Shown here piece after piece: positions 11,527-21,737 of a stretch of DNA of 64,000 nucleotides. The translations under genes and the position numbers were made by a program. Under the pieces are notes generated by a model that saw only the letters and a list, made by a program, of their open reading frames with translations, ran no database searches and was not told the DNA's origin. The DNA lies in the IMG/VR virus record IMGVR_UViG_3300034062_007046, positions 18,846-82,845 of that record; one strand, given 5' to 3'. Numbering within the stretch: position 1 is the first letter of the stretch; each line of letters begins with the position of its first letter. This DNA comes from a virus.

Positions 11527-14500
11527 TGTTTTTTAAATTGTCTAATGAACAAATATCCGCCGTTAGAAAAGAAACGTTCCCAGAACCAGAAACGTTTTCA
11601 ATAAAAAATTGTATTTTTAAAACCTCTGGAACCGATACAGTTGCCGATTTAGAAATTTTATTAAATGATTCATTAGAAAAACCAAAAATTTTTAAAAAAC
11701 AAGCAGAGAAGAATTATATAAAATTAAAAGTATTTCAAATTCTCTCTGGCGATATGAAAGGCGAGCTTCTACAGTCAACTGATATCGTACAAATAGAAGA
11801 AATTATTAAAAAATATGGTGTAGAATATAAAGAACTGTTTGCTTGTGCTGATTTTATAGGAAGCAAAACAGACGAAAACGATCATATCGTGGAAGGAAGC
11901 AACATAACTTTAAAGTATAATACCAATATGGTATTTTCAAAAAAAGATATTGGATTTCTTTCATTCGGCATGGTATTTTATTATAATTTTAGAGAATATT
12001 CGATTCAAGAAAATATCTCTGAGAAGCATATAATCAAAGAAACTCTTTCAAGCAATCTAAAAATTGTTGATGTCTTTAACTCTGAAGGTAAAAATGTAAA
12101 TATTGACATAGTTCAGGATTTGAGGGTGGTTAACAAAGTGTTTAGTAACAAAGACTCACTAAACAGTCTCAGCGACAAAGTTAACATAGAGCAAAAAGTT
12201 TTAAAACTTCAGTCGCAACCCAAAAAAACGCCTAATAATACACAATTTTTCTCTTCACTTTATAATTCAAGAGACGCTCTGGGAAATTTAAATATACTAT
12301 TTTTTATGGATTATAAAAAAATAATTGAAAATTATTCTAATTTTACTAATATAATTCAAAACAGTGAATTTTCATCGGAAGTTTTGAAAAACTGTAAAAT
12401 AAGCTCTTTAAAAATCGTAAGAAGGCAGATGGAATTTTCAAAAGAGAGCAAAAAAAGATTTATACCTAAAAGATTGCCTCAAGAAACAGTTGTGTCTACG
12501 TCGCAAGATAAAAATAATGGTTTAGTAGCACTCGCGCCTGTTGAAAATAACCTTGCTTCTATTTCCGAGAATAGCATCCTATCAGAGTTTAGAGCTATAG
12601 AAGTAGTAGATAAAACCGTATATAAATCTAAGAGATCTTTTTACCAATATGGTATTGAACTTAATGTAAATGATGGTTTTTATGCTTATCTTAAAGATAT
12701 AAAAGAGCAATTAAATTTTAACGTAAAAGCATTTAAAGACTATTATCAAGAAACAACAAAAATTATTAAAACCAACAATCAGACATCGCAACGCGGCTTC
12801 CAAAAGCAGATGTCAATTGGATACTATGATCCAATTTTAAACTCGTTCTCAAGAACATTTGCAGAAGAAGTCTTCCCGGAACTATACGAAGAAAAAATAT
12901 TAAAATCCGTTTCTTTTCTCGTTTCTTCATTAAAACTTTTTGGTTCCTTAAATTCACAAGAAGATGAATTATTAAAATCCCTTATAGCCTTAGCGAGTCC
13001 AATTAGCACAAATAGCGACACGATATTATATTTTATAAGAATCTATGAAAAATTTATAAGTCAAGTAGAAAATATATTAAAAAACCTATCTAATACGTCG
13101 TTTTCCTTACAATACTGGTTCGATAAAGAAGTTATAGATGCAAGTGAAAATCCAGCCGTTGGATATGGTTTTTTTAATAAAAATACTGCTGGCGTGTCGA
13201 AGATTAGTAACTTGACCTTAGAGACAAAAATAGCTACAGATACAAGAGAATATGTTAAAAACAATTCTATACCAACAGAAAAAGAAAATTACAAATATTC
13301 AAGCGTTTGTCCAACTTTTATAAGTACAATAAACAAAAAAATGTCTTTGTCGTCAATTAAAGACATAACAAACGAAGATTTTAGAGAGATGGAATTAGAA
13401 ATAAAAAGATATAATTCCATCGGAGCCTCGGAGCCCCAACCATTCCTTGATGATGATTTGCAAGTTGTAAATGAAAAAAAGCTTGTTACGAACTTAAAAA
13501 CAGAAAAATTAATGAATAAATTCTCATTTTTTACAAAAAATCGAGCATTAAATCTAAGCGATCTTTCTAAGATTAAACGAAAAGCAAACGAAAATTCTGA
13601 AAAAGTTAACACGGACATAGACCCAGAACTATTGTTTTTAGGAATGTTAAAAAATTCAACAAAAAAACCAGTTTTTAAACCAATAACCCCTTATCTTATT
13701 TTTAATACAGGTGGCATCCTAAAGCCAATTCTTTCTCTGAGAGATAGGAAATACAGAGAAGATATTCCAATTCAAATTTACAGTTTATTAAACAAAACTG
13801 ATACTTTTTTTACTGAATTTGGTATTAAATATTTAACAGATTTAGAGAATAATTCTAAATTTTTGTTACTTTATAACACAATCCATCAAATAGAAATTTT
13901 AGATATTTCAAAAAATGTAAAAGACGAAAAATGGAAATTATTAACAAAAGATATTTATAATTCCATACCTCAAAATTCAAAAGTATTGTGCAAGCTTAAG
14001 TTATTCCAAGATGTTGATTCAAGTATCACTTCATTCGAGGAAATCAGCCTGCCTATTTATGACAAATACTTTATTTTAGAAAAAAATGTTTCGCAACAGG
14101 ACATAGATAAAAGTTTAGAGTTTGTTAAAAAAACTTTTGATTTTTCTGTTTTAAGAACAGCAAGCACTATAGCCTTTAATCTATCTCCAAATATATTTAA
14201 AGCGCAACCAATTAGAAGAGTGACGCAGATTATAAATCGTGCTGCAATACCAAGATTGGGTAATCAAACACGAACTATCGCCCCAGCCCAAACGACTGGC
14301 GCTTTAGCTAATATTAATCAGCAAAGAGCTAATATACCAAGCACCACATCTCCGCTCGCTACGGTTATGCAGCCGCAATCAAATGCAACCAAGCCATTAC
14401 AACAAGTCAACGCGACTGCGTCAAACGATATTGCTACTACAGTGCTACAAGAGCCAACTTCAACAAAAGAAAATGAAAAAACCGCAGTTACAAAAAATAA

Positions 14501-14549
14501 CTTTTTAAATAAAATACTAAAATCAGCTATTATTAATAAAGATAAATAA
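11526..14549 (+). CDS. Hypothetical large (probably virion) protein with Q/T/A/P-rich C-terminal tail
   Basis: Long ORF; the ATG at 11526 overlaps the upstream TAA, so it is preferred over the TTG at 11520. Confidence 0.6.
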   Translation: MFFKLSNEQISAVRKETFPEPETFSIKNCIFKTSGTDTVADLEILLNDSLEKPKIFKKQAEKNYIKLKVFQILSGDMKGELLQSTDIVQIEEIIKKYGVEYKELFACADFIGSKTDENDHIVEGSNITLKYNTNMVFSKKDIGFLSFGMVFYYNFREYSIQENISEKHIIKETLSSNLKIVDVFNSEGKNVNIDIVQDLRVVNKVFSNKDSLNSLSDKVNIEQKVLKLQSQPKKTPNNTQFFSSLYNSRDALGNLNILFFMDYKKIIENYSNFTNIIQNSEFSSEVLKNCKISSLKIVRRQMEFSKESKKRFIPKRLPQETVVSTSQDKNNGLVALAPVENNLASISENSILSEFRAIEVVDKTVYKSKRSFYQYGIELNVNDGFYAYLKDIKEQLNFNVKAFKDYYQETTKIIKTNNQTSQRGFQKQMSIGYYDPILNSFSRTFAEEVFPELYEEKILKSVSFLVSSLKLFGSLNSQEDELLKSLIALASPISTNSDTILYFIRIYEKFISQVENILKNLSNTSFSLQYWFDKEVIDASENPAVGYGFFNKNTAGVSKISNLTLETKIATDTREYVKNNSIPTEKENYKYSSVCPTFISTINKKMSLSSIKDITNEDFREMELEIKRYNSIGASEPQPFLDDDLQVVNEKKLVTNLKTEKLMNKFSFFTKNRALNLSDLSKIKRKANENSEKVNTDIDPELLFLGMLKNSTKKPVFKPITPYLIFNTGGILKPILSLRDRKYREDIPIQIYSLLNKTDTFFTEFGIKYLTDLENNSKFLLLYNTIHQIEILDISKNVKDEKWKLLTKDIYNSIPQNSKVLCKLKLFQDVDSSITSFEEISLPIYDKYFILEKNVSQQDIDKSLEFVKKTFDFSVLRTASTIAFNLSPNIFKAQPIRRVTQIINRAAIPRLGNQTRTIAPAQTTGALANINQQRANIPSTTSPLATVMQPQSNATKPLQQVNATASNDIATTVLQEPTSTKENEKTAVTKNNFLNKILKSAIINKDK

Positions 14550-14568
14550 TAGCAGGTAAATCCATAAT

Positions 14569-16530
14569 ATGGCAATAGCAAAAATAAAAAAAATCAATAA
14601 TATCGCGGGCGACGAGGCGTTAAGTAAAATAAAAAGTTTGCCTACCGAGACTTATAAAATAGAAGAAAATAAAGAATTATTTTCTGGTATGGTAACATCT
14701 TTAACAGATGAACTGCAACCAGCTTCCCTAACTCAGATATTTTCATATTTAAATTTTTCTTCTAATTGTCACTATGAAGCAAAAAAAGAATTAAAACCCC
14801 AACAAAAGTTATCCGATTTTTTTAAGGTACAAATTAATCTTGAATATAATTTTTTAATCAGAGAGTTTGAAAAACATATCACTGACAATAGAGTTCCAGA
14901 GCTTAATCTCCCAAACTTCTATGATACTATTAATTTAGAACTTTCAAAAGAAACAACATTTAATAGCGTAGATTTTTTTGAACAAGACCTTTTAAAAAAA
15001 TACCCCACAGATTTAACCATCCAAAATAAAGACAGTTATACAAAAATATTTTATAATTCTAATTTAGATGAAAGTTTAGCACAAACAGTTAGTGCAACAA
15101 AATTTTCTGAATACTTAAAAAAATATAATGCGTTTAAAGAGCAGTTTCCGTATTATACAGAAATTTTTATAGATAATTCTGAAATACCAAAACCAACTAT
15201 CAGTATACCGAACAGAAATGATCGTGGAGGCAATTTTTCATTAAAAACTTTTAATGATATATTTGAAAAATATTCATTGCATGAAGATGCATTTAGTTAT
15301 TTTGATAAAAATAAAAGTTCTATAAAGCTTAATCAAGCCGAACAAAAAGATTCAGAAGTTACAGAAGAAATTATAGACATAAACTTAACTGATCTGATTA
15401 CTTTTTTTAATAATATTATTGTTATTAATCCATCTATTATTAGTGAGATTAATGCTATAAGCTCTCTATACCAAATAACTTACAGCAAAATAGTTAGCAA
15501 TACTGCTTGTTATTCGGAAGTTGTTGGATATAAAATATATAAATATGATACAGAAGGCAATCTGCCATTACAAGAATTTTATATACCTAATAGCAGGGAA
15601 AAAACAACTGAATTTATCGATACCCAGATAAAATATGGTAAGAAATATAGATATAAAGTATCTCTTTTGACTATAGTAATCGGAACTGATTATAAGTATA
15701 TCAACAATAGCCAAGATAAAAAAACAATAAATTTTGAATTACAACCAAAAATATTTTTAGTTGAAATTGATAGCATGAGCTACCAAAATTTCTTGTTGGA
15801 TTCGCCACCAATAGAGCCAGAGGTAGATATTATTCCGTTTGTTGGAATACAAAACAAAATTAAATTTAATCTAAATACGGCTGTTGGTAGAAAACTTGAA
15901 GAACCCATTACATTCACTGATCAAGAGAAGGAGAATGTAAGAAAACTCAAAGATTCGCAGGATCGAATCGATAATTTAATAAAGTTTGAATCAGAAGAGC
16001 CAAGTGATTTTTTTGAAATATATCGCTTAGAAAAAGAACCAAAAACTTTTAATGATTTTATAGGTTCAAAAAAAATAGTTGCAGAAAACAATGAAAGCTC
16101 TGCTGGCTCCTACGTTGATGCGCTTGTCCCTAACAAAAAATTTTATTACACGTTTAGAAGCGTTGATTACCACGGAAATGTTTCTAATCCAAGCGTTGTT
16201 TATGTCGTAGAAATAATTAATGACAACGGAACTATATTTCCACTTATAACAACTCTTGAAATAAAACCAGACCCGTTGAAAATGGAGAGTAAAAAATTCA
16301 GAAGGTTTTTATCTATATCTCCAAATTTGTCAAATACATTAATAAGCTTAGAAAAAAATAATAATTTCGAAGGTTTGACGAGTAAAGAAAGTATTCTTAA
16401 AGACGCTAAAATCGGGTTAAACCAGCAAGGCGTGTGGGACAAGAAGTTTAAAATAAGAATAAATTCTATATCAAGCGGAAGAAAGATAGATATAAATGTT
16501 ACATTTAAAATAGACAAGAAAAGTCAATAA
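14569..16530 (+). CDS. Virion protein with fibronectin type III-like domains
   Basis: 'GYKIYK..FIDTQIKYGKKYRYKV' and 'FEIYR..YVDALVPNKKFYYTFRSVDYHGNVS' are FN3-like patterns. Confidence 0.55.
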   Translation: MAIAKIKKINNIAGDEALSKIKSLPTETYKIEENKELFSGMVTSLTDELQPASLTQIFSYLNFSSNCHYEAKKELKPQQKLSDFFKVQINLEYNFLIREFEKHITDNRVPELNLPNFYDTINLELSKETTFNSVDFFEQDLLKKYPTDLTIQNKDSYTKIFYNSNLDESLAQTVSATKFSEYLKKYNAFKEQFPYYTEIFIDNSEIPKPTISIPNRNDRGGNFSLKTFNDIFEKYSLHEDAFSYFDKNKSSIKLNQAEQKDSEVTEEIIDINLTDLITFFNNIIVINPSIISEINAISSLYQITYSKIVSNTACYSEVVGYKIYKYDTEGNLPLQEFYIPNSREKTTEFIDTQIKYGKKYRYKVSLLTIVIGTDYKYINNSQDKKTINFELQPKIFLVEIDSMSYQNFLLDSPPIEPEVDIIPFVGIQNKIKFNLNTAVGRKLEEPITFTDQEKENVRKLKDSQDRIDNLIKFESEEPSDFFEIYRLEKEPKTFNDFIGSKKIVAENNESSAGSYVDALVPNKKFYYTFRSVDYHGNVSNPSVVYVVEIINDNGTIFPLITTLEIKPDPLKMESKKFRRFLSISPNLSNTLISLEKNNNFEGLTSKESILKDAKIGLNQQGVWDKKFKIRINSISSGRKIDINVTFKIDKKSQ

Positions 16531-16541
16531 TGTACTTAACT

Positions 16542-16550
16542 ACTAATTAT
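16542..16550 (+). promoter_or_regulatory. Putative late promoter motif ACTAATTAT
   Basis: Copy of the recurrent ACTAWTTAW motif, 30 nt upstream of the ATG at 16580. Confidence 0.6.
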
Positions 16551-16579
16551 AACAACTATTACAATTTTGGGAGATAAAA

Positions 16580-17560
16580 ATGGCATTTTTAGATAACAGT
16601 GGTGATATTATCCTTGACGCTGTTTTAACAGATACAGGAAGAATGCGTTTAGCAAAAGGCGACGGCTCTTTTAGAGTTACAAAATTTGCTCTTGGAGATG
16701 ATGAAATTAATTACTCTCTCTATGATAAAAACAACTCAAGCGGTAGCGCTTATTTTGATTTAAATATTCTTCAAACGCCTGTTTTTGAAGCTTTTACAAA
16801 TAATATTGCTTCATTGAATAGTAGACTAATTTCTATTTCAAGAAATAATCTACTGTATCTACCAGTTTTAAAAATTAACGATGTAGAAAGCGGCGTATCA
16901 AATTATGCTATCCCACAAATAGTACAAAACGGTTATATTTTAGCAGTCGATAATTCAACAGAAACCTTGCTACAAAAAAATGCTTTAACTTATAACGGTA
17001 CCAGTGTTAGCCAAAAGGGTGTTTTAACTGGCTTCTCGCCAAGAAATGGTGTTACTGTTAGAATAGATCAAGGCATCGATAACACAAGCATACCAGCAAG
17101 CTTAGTGTTAGATCCAGACCTAAAAGAAACTCAGTATTTAGTTGAAATTGATAATCGTTTTGGGCAAATAGTAGATCCAACTGGCGAAACTGTCGCAACT
17201 CCATCATTTATCGACGATGATGACGTAGCAACTTATTATTTCTCACAAGGTGTAGACGATGTGTTTGTGCAAGATAATAAAAGCACAGAAACAATCACCA
17301 ACGCAACACAAAATGCAAGCAGAGAAGTTATAGCTGGTTCGCGCGGTACAATTCTTAAGTTTAAAATTAAATCAGCATTAGAGGTCGCTACAAGCGATTA
17401 TCTATTTAATCAGATCGGTAGCGATATCACAGCCCTACTTGGTGGCGTAACACCAACAGTAGCAAATGCTAAAAGTATTATCACAACAGTTAGAGTGACT
17501 GGTTTAACAACTGGCTATGCTATCGATGTTCCTTTGGTTCTTATCAAATATATTTCATAA
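16580..17560 (+). CDS. Baseplate/tail-collar protein (N-terminal half of a DUF3751/P2 gpH-like domain)
   Basis: 'VLTDTGRMRLA..TKFALGDD' resembles the P2 gpH N-terminus; GGAG SD present. Confidence 0.55.
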   Translation: MAFLDNSGDIILDAVLTDTGRMRLAKGDGSFRVTKFALGDDEINYSLYDKNNSSGSAYFDLNILQTPVFEAFTNNIASLNSRLISISRNNLLYLPVLKINDVESGVSNYAIPQIVQNGYILAVDNSTETLLQKNALTYNGTSVSQKGVLTGFSPRNGVTVRIDQGIDNTSIPASLVLDPDLKETQYLVEIDNRFGQIVDPTGETVATPSFIDDDDVATYYFSQGVDDVFVQDNKSTETITNATQNASREVIAGSRGTILKFKIKSALEVATSDYLFNQIGSDITALLGGVTPTVANAKSIITTVRVTGLTTGYAIDVPLVLIKYIS

Positions 17561-17575
17561 TTTAGGGGTAATTAA

Positions 17576-18703
17576 ATGGCTACTACTTATAAAAGTTTCT
17601 TAGACGATGACATTGTTTCAACAAAAACACTTCTACACGAAAACATTCCCGTAACAGGTACAATAATCTCCAGCTCTACTTATGGAACTGGTAATATAAA
17701 ACCGTATGCTCATGGCATGTTCCAGAGTGTTTATGATTACCCTTATTTAAGCTCATCAGCTAATCATTTGTTTGACATGTCAGTAGGGCTGGCTGCTAAT
17801 ACCCCTGGTAGCAGCAGTGCGGACTCTTTTGTAACCAAAAAAGTTAATCTTTACAATCAGATGGCGCAAATTTTGGTAGGCTTCGATGCTACGGGCTCTA
17901 TTTTAAAATTTGATCGCGATGGCGATACAGCAACGGCAGATGCAGTTGAAAAATTTAATTCAGCGTTTTTCTTAAACTTTAGCCGTCTTTTAGTTAAAGA
18001 TGAAATTAAAAAAGGCAGCTTCCAGCTTACTTTGGGCATTAACTCTTCCAGCGCTTCCCCTTTTAACGCTACATGTTTAATATCTGATGCATCCGCCTCT
18101 TCTGGTGGTGGTTATAAAGTTAATTCGCCAACTGGTGAATATGGTGTTCTCTATGCTTCAAATTTTTCAAGTGCGTCCGCAGGAAATTCAAATGATGAAG
18201 TTGGTTTAATATTCTACCAAGCTGGTGTTGCTGTTATTTCAACGGCAGTATTCGCACAATCAAGTTCAAATAGTGTGTTAACATCAATGTCTGGAAATCA
18301 ACAAGGGCAATTAGCTTCTGGCTACGTTCTACAAATGGCTGGAACTGGTAGCACTTATGCAAATGTTGAAGCTCTATATGGTACAGGGTCCATTTCAGAC
18401 GCCGCAGCTGCCCTGAGAAATAGAATCAGAAATGTGACTTTCAATAACACAACAGAGTTGAATTCAACAATTCATTTTTGTAGAGTAAATCATAATGATT
18501 TTAACTATAGTTCTAATCCAACTTACCTAAGTTCAAGCCAGATTAGAGTCAAAAATAAAACAACCGATGCCCCAGTTAGTTACATAACTACGGTAGGTTT
18601 GTATTCGCCTGACAACGAATTATTAGCAGTAGCTAAATTATCGGAACCAATCAAAAAAGACCCAACGCAAGAATTAATTCTAAGAGTAAGATTGGATTAC
18701 TAA
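17576..18703 (+). CDS. Baseplate structural protein (C-terminal DUF3751-like half)
   Basis: C-terminus 'ITTVGLYSPDNELLAVAKLSEPIKK'; paralogue of 18944. Confidence 0.55.
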   Translation: MATTYKSFLDDDIVSTKTLLHENIPVTGTIISSSTYGTGNIKPYAHGMFQSVYDYPYLSSSANHLFDMSVGLAANTPGSSSADSFVTKKVNLYNQMAQILVGFDATGSILKFDRDGDTATADAVEKFNSAFFLNFSRLLVKDEIKKGSFQLTLGINSSSASPFNATCLISDASASSGGGYKVNSPTGEYGVLYASNFSSASAGNSNDEVGLIFYQAGVAVISTAVFAQSSSNSVLTSMSGNQQGQLASGYVLQMAGTGSTYANVEALYGTGSISDAAAALRNRIRNVTFNNTTELNSTIHFCRVNHNDFNYSSNPTYLSSSQIRVKNKTTDAPVSYITTVGLYSPDNELLAVAKLSEPIKKDPTQELILRVRLDY

Positions 18704-18704
18704 T

Positions 18705-18935
18705 ATGTCATTTAAAAAATTTGAAAAAAGTGATGTTTTTAAAAATGTTGTAAAAACAACTCCTTATTTTGAATTTAAAATTTATGGTGGAAAAGTATAT
18801 TTAAATAATTCTCTTAGAGGATATACGGATTTAAACACTTTAAAGGAAGCGCCCGCTATTTCAGCTGGTTGTGATATTCCAAACTCTTTTGATTTCTCTT
18901 GTGAAGATAACTCATACAATGTTTCACTTGTTTAA
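18705..18935 (+). CDS. Small protein; probable detached N-terminal part of the 18944 protein
   Basis: Tightly packed 76-aa ORF; 'MSFKKFEKSDVF' resembles the N-terminus of paralogue 17576 ('YKSFLDDDIV'). Confidence 0.55.
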   Translation: MSFKKFEKSDVFKNVVKTTPYFEFKIYGGKVYLNNSLRGYTDLNTLKEAPAISAGCDIPNSFDFSCEDNSYNVSLV

Positions 18936-18943
18936 CATGAAAA

Positions 18944-19924
18944 ATGGCAGATAATACAAAATATTATGCATATTTACCAAAAGGAAGTAGTGAGTCCTCT
19001 TTTAAGACCGTCACTACTTCTTCGTATAATTCTGCTTTAGACGGGGATTTGCAAGTATCGTACTATCCCTATTCATCTTCTATAGATGTTAAATACCTGT
19101 ATCAGACAAACGAATATACGCCGTATAAAAAACACATTTATGCATTAAAAAATGTATTAGATAGAAATATAATTTACAGTAAACATTTTGCTTATAGTTC
19201 ATCTTTAGGTAATAAAGAAACCCAACAGTTAACTCTCGTAAGCATACCGTCTATTTTCTATGGGTCATCCATAGAAAAAGGTAGTTTAGAATTAAAATTT
19301 TTTGTTACCGGGACTCTTATTGGTAAATTAGAGGATTCTAAATTAAACGGAGAGCTTATAGAAACAACTGGGTCGAACGCTGGTTCTGTAGCTGGTGTTG
19401 TGCTATATAAAGAAGGCTTTATATTACTTACTGGCTCTTGGAATTTAAATAATTCCCACACAGAAGTATATGAATATGTACCAAGCATTGGTTCACCCAC
19501 TAATCCAAAATGGATTTACTGGGGTGCTGGGTTCAACAACACTTCCTCAAATCCAGCGAGTTCAAGCTTTGACATAAACTTCAGAGGAACTAATTATGTT
19601 CCTACTGTCACTTTATTAGCCCATGCCGAAAAAGGCGAACTAAACCATTCCAATAATCCTACATACATAAAATATAATGAGATTAATGCAAAAAATAAAA
19701 TAACTTCATCTACCTCTTATTATGAGCCTAATAACATAGAAATAAAAAATGTCGTAAAATATCCTTATGAAAATTATAGTGGCTCGCTTGAAAAGGAGAC
19801 ATATATAACAAAAATAGGTATCTATGATGATAAGAAAAATTTAATAGCAGTTGCTAAATTAGCAAAACCAATAAGAAAAACACAAAATAGAGATTTTACT
19901 TTTAAACTTAAGTTGGACATATAA
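18944..19924 (+). CDS. Baseplate structural protein, paralogue of 17576
   Basis: Shares 'IxKGS', 'G.V.Y..G', 'N.S.NPTY' and 'ITKIGIYDDKKNLIAVAKLAKPIRK'. Confidence 0.6.
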   Translation: MADNTKYYAYLPKGSSESSFKTVTTSSYNSALDGDLQVSYYPYSSSIDVKYLYQTNEYTPYKKHIYALKNVLDRNIIYSKHFAYSSSLGNKETQQLTLVSIPSIFYGSSIEKGSLELKFFVTGTLIGKLEDSKLNGELIETTGSNAGSVAGVVLYKEGFILLTGSWNLNNSHTEVYEYVPSIGSPTNPKWIYWGAGFNNTSSNPASSSFDINFRGTNYVPTVTLLAHAEKGELNHSNNPTYIKYNEINAKNKITSSTSYYEPNNIEIKNVVKYPYENYSGSLEKETYITKIGIYDDKKNLIAVAKLAKPIRKTQNRDFTFKLKLDI

Positions 19925-20997
19925 TGAGCGATACATCTGAAAAAGTAAAAGTATTAAACCAAAGCACAATTGAAACAATTGATGCAGCTTTTTTAGACTA
20001 CGTAGAGGGTCTTAATCTATTTTGCACAACTATAAATGGATGGGAAAAAATACCAGTTATTTGGTCTTCTGCGGAAAGAGCTTTTCAAATAAAAAATAAC
20101 AGAGAGATCAGAGACAAAAATGGTTCTCTCATTCCACCAATAATTTCTATAGAAAGAACATCTACTGTCAAAGATCCAAATAAAAAAGGCTCTTTTCAAG
20201 CTAATTTGTCGCCAAAAAACGATAGATATGTTTACGCAAAAGAACTAAACCAAGATAAGACATCTAATTTTGCCAATGCGGATACTTTAAAAACAAGAGG
20301 ACAAATAAATTTTGCCACCTCTAAGAAAAATAAAAAAAAGGTATATAGGTATATATCCGTTCCTATACCAGTATACATTACTGTTGAATATAAAATTAAT
20401 ATAATAACAAACTATCAAAGTCAAATGAATGAAGTGATTCAGCCGTTTATGTCAAGAAACGCTCAGAATTATTTTGTTATAAATAAAGACGCGTATAGAT
20501 ATGAATGTTTTATGGATCAAAACTTTCAACAAGATAGTATTGCGAGCCTTGGCGAAGAAGAAAGAAAGTATAAATCAGTAATTACAGTAAAAGTTCTTGG
20601 TTATTTGATCGGAGAAGGAAATAACCAAGAAAAACCGCAAATTATTGAACAAGAAAATGCTGTTGAATTAAAAATACCAAAAGAAAATTTATCTATAATT
20701 CAAGAAGAGCCAAGAAGGCAAAGAGAGGCTCCAAGTTTATTTAGAAGCAACGGAGTTACACAAACTGCTGCCACTATACCAGTTAAAAAAATATATTTAA
20801 TAGGAAATGGTATTGATTCAATCTATAAAGTTACTCATGGAATGGGTACAAGAGATATTTTTGTGATTGTCAGAGAAAGTGCTTCTCCTTATTCGATTGT
20901 AGAAGTTGGTATAGATTATAGTGACTTAAATCATATTGATATCGATATGGGCGATATTATTAGTAGTGATAGCTACACGGTAACAATTATAGGTTAA
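19924..20997 (+). CDS. Tail completion/terminator protein (T4 gp15-like) with extra C-terminal beta domain
   Basis: 'IPVIWSSAER', 'PPIISIERT', 'PVYITVEY..QMNEVI' and 'YKSVITVKVLGYL' fit gp15-like proteins. Confidence 0.55.
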   Translation: MSDTSEKVKVLNQSTIETIDAAFLDYVEGLNLFCTTINGWEKIPVIWSSAERAFQIKNNREIRDKNGSLIPPIISIERTSTVKDPNKKGSFQANLSPKNDRYVYAKELNQDKTSNFANADTLKTRGQINFATSKKNKKKVYRYISVPIPVYITVEYKINIITNYQSQMNEVIQPFMSRNAQNYFVINKDAYRYECFMDQNFQQDSIASLGEEERKYKSVITVKVLGYLIGEGNNQEKPQIIEQENAVELKIPKENLSIIQEEPRRQREAPSLFRSNGVTQTAATIPVKKIYLIGNGIDSIYKVTHGMGTRDIFVIVRESASPYSIVEVGIDYSDLNHIDIDMGDIISSDSYTVTIIG

Positions 20998-21011
20998 AAA
21001 AATTGTTTAAA

Positions 21012-21020
21012 ACTATTTAA
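21012..21020 (+). promoter_or_regulatory. Putative late promoter motif ACTATTTAA
   Basis: Recurrent motif in the gap before 21044. Confidence 0.6.
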
Positions 21021-21043
21021 AAATATAAATTTAGGAAAATATC

Positions 21044-21733
21044 ATGGCAGATCAAAGCTTAATAATAAAAGATGGAAATGGGTCTTTAAGCGCGCTATCA
21101 GTTTTCAGCGGCGCTCTTGGATTAGTGCCAGAACATGCAATCAGTGGAACTGTGAATGTTACTGCTTCCCTAACAAACCCCGTTTATACAACTGGAACAG
21201 TTGCAGTTTCAAATTACCAGTCTACTTCTTTGTGGGTTACATCGTCATTTGCAAGCCCAGTATATGTTTCGTCTTCTACTGGAAAAGAGCTTTATGTTAC
21301 AAATACCTCGACTACACCAATACACGTCACCTCATCAGAAATCAATCCAGTAATTACAAAAAATACTATAGCAACTATTCCTGTTAGAAATACATTTTCG
21401 TCATTTGCAGGTACAATAAACTGGGCGGGGACTGGTTCATCTAATATTAGCGGTACATTTATCTTAGCACAAACTTCCTCTACGAGAAAGGGACTGATGT
21501 TCGCTAATAATACAAATAAAGATCTGTATGTAGCACTTGGCGATACAGACTTTGCTTCAACAAACGGGTTCTTGTTAACAAGTACCGCAGTTGCTCCTTC
21601 GTATTATTCATTTATAGTCTATCCGTCTGGTACATACTTTGCAGAACCAACATTTGTAAATCTTAAGCACAGCGGTTTTTTTGTAAGCTCATCAAATATC
21701 GATGTTCAGATTTCATCAGTAACCACAGAGTAA
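21044..21733 (+). CDS. Ser/Thr-rich virion (decoration/fibre) protein
   Basis: Short internal repeats of the form VT(A/S)S..NPVY; AGGA SD. Confidence 0.55.
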   Translation: MADQSLIIKDGNGSLSALSVFSGALGLVPEHAISGTVNVTASLTNPVYTTGTVAVSNYQSTSLWVTSSFASPVYVSSSTGKELYVTNTSTTPIHVTSSEINPVITKNTIATIPVRNTFSSFAGTINWAGTGSSNISGTFILAQTSSTRKGLMFANNTNKDLYVALGDTDFASTNGFLLTSTAVAPSYYSFIVYPSGTYFAEPTFVNLKHSGFFVSSSNIDVQISSVTTE

Positions 21734-21737
21734 AAAA

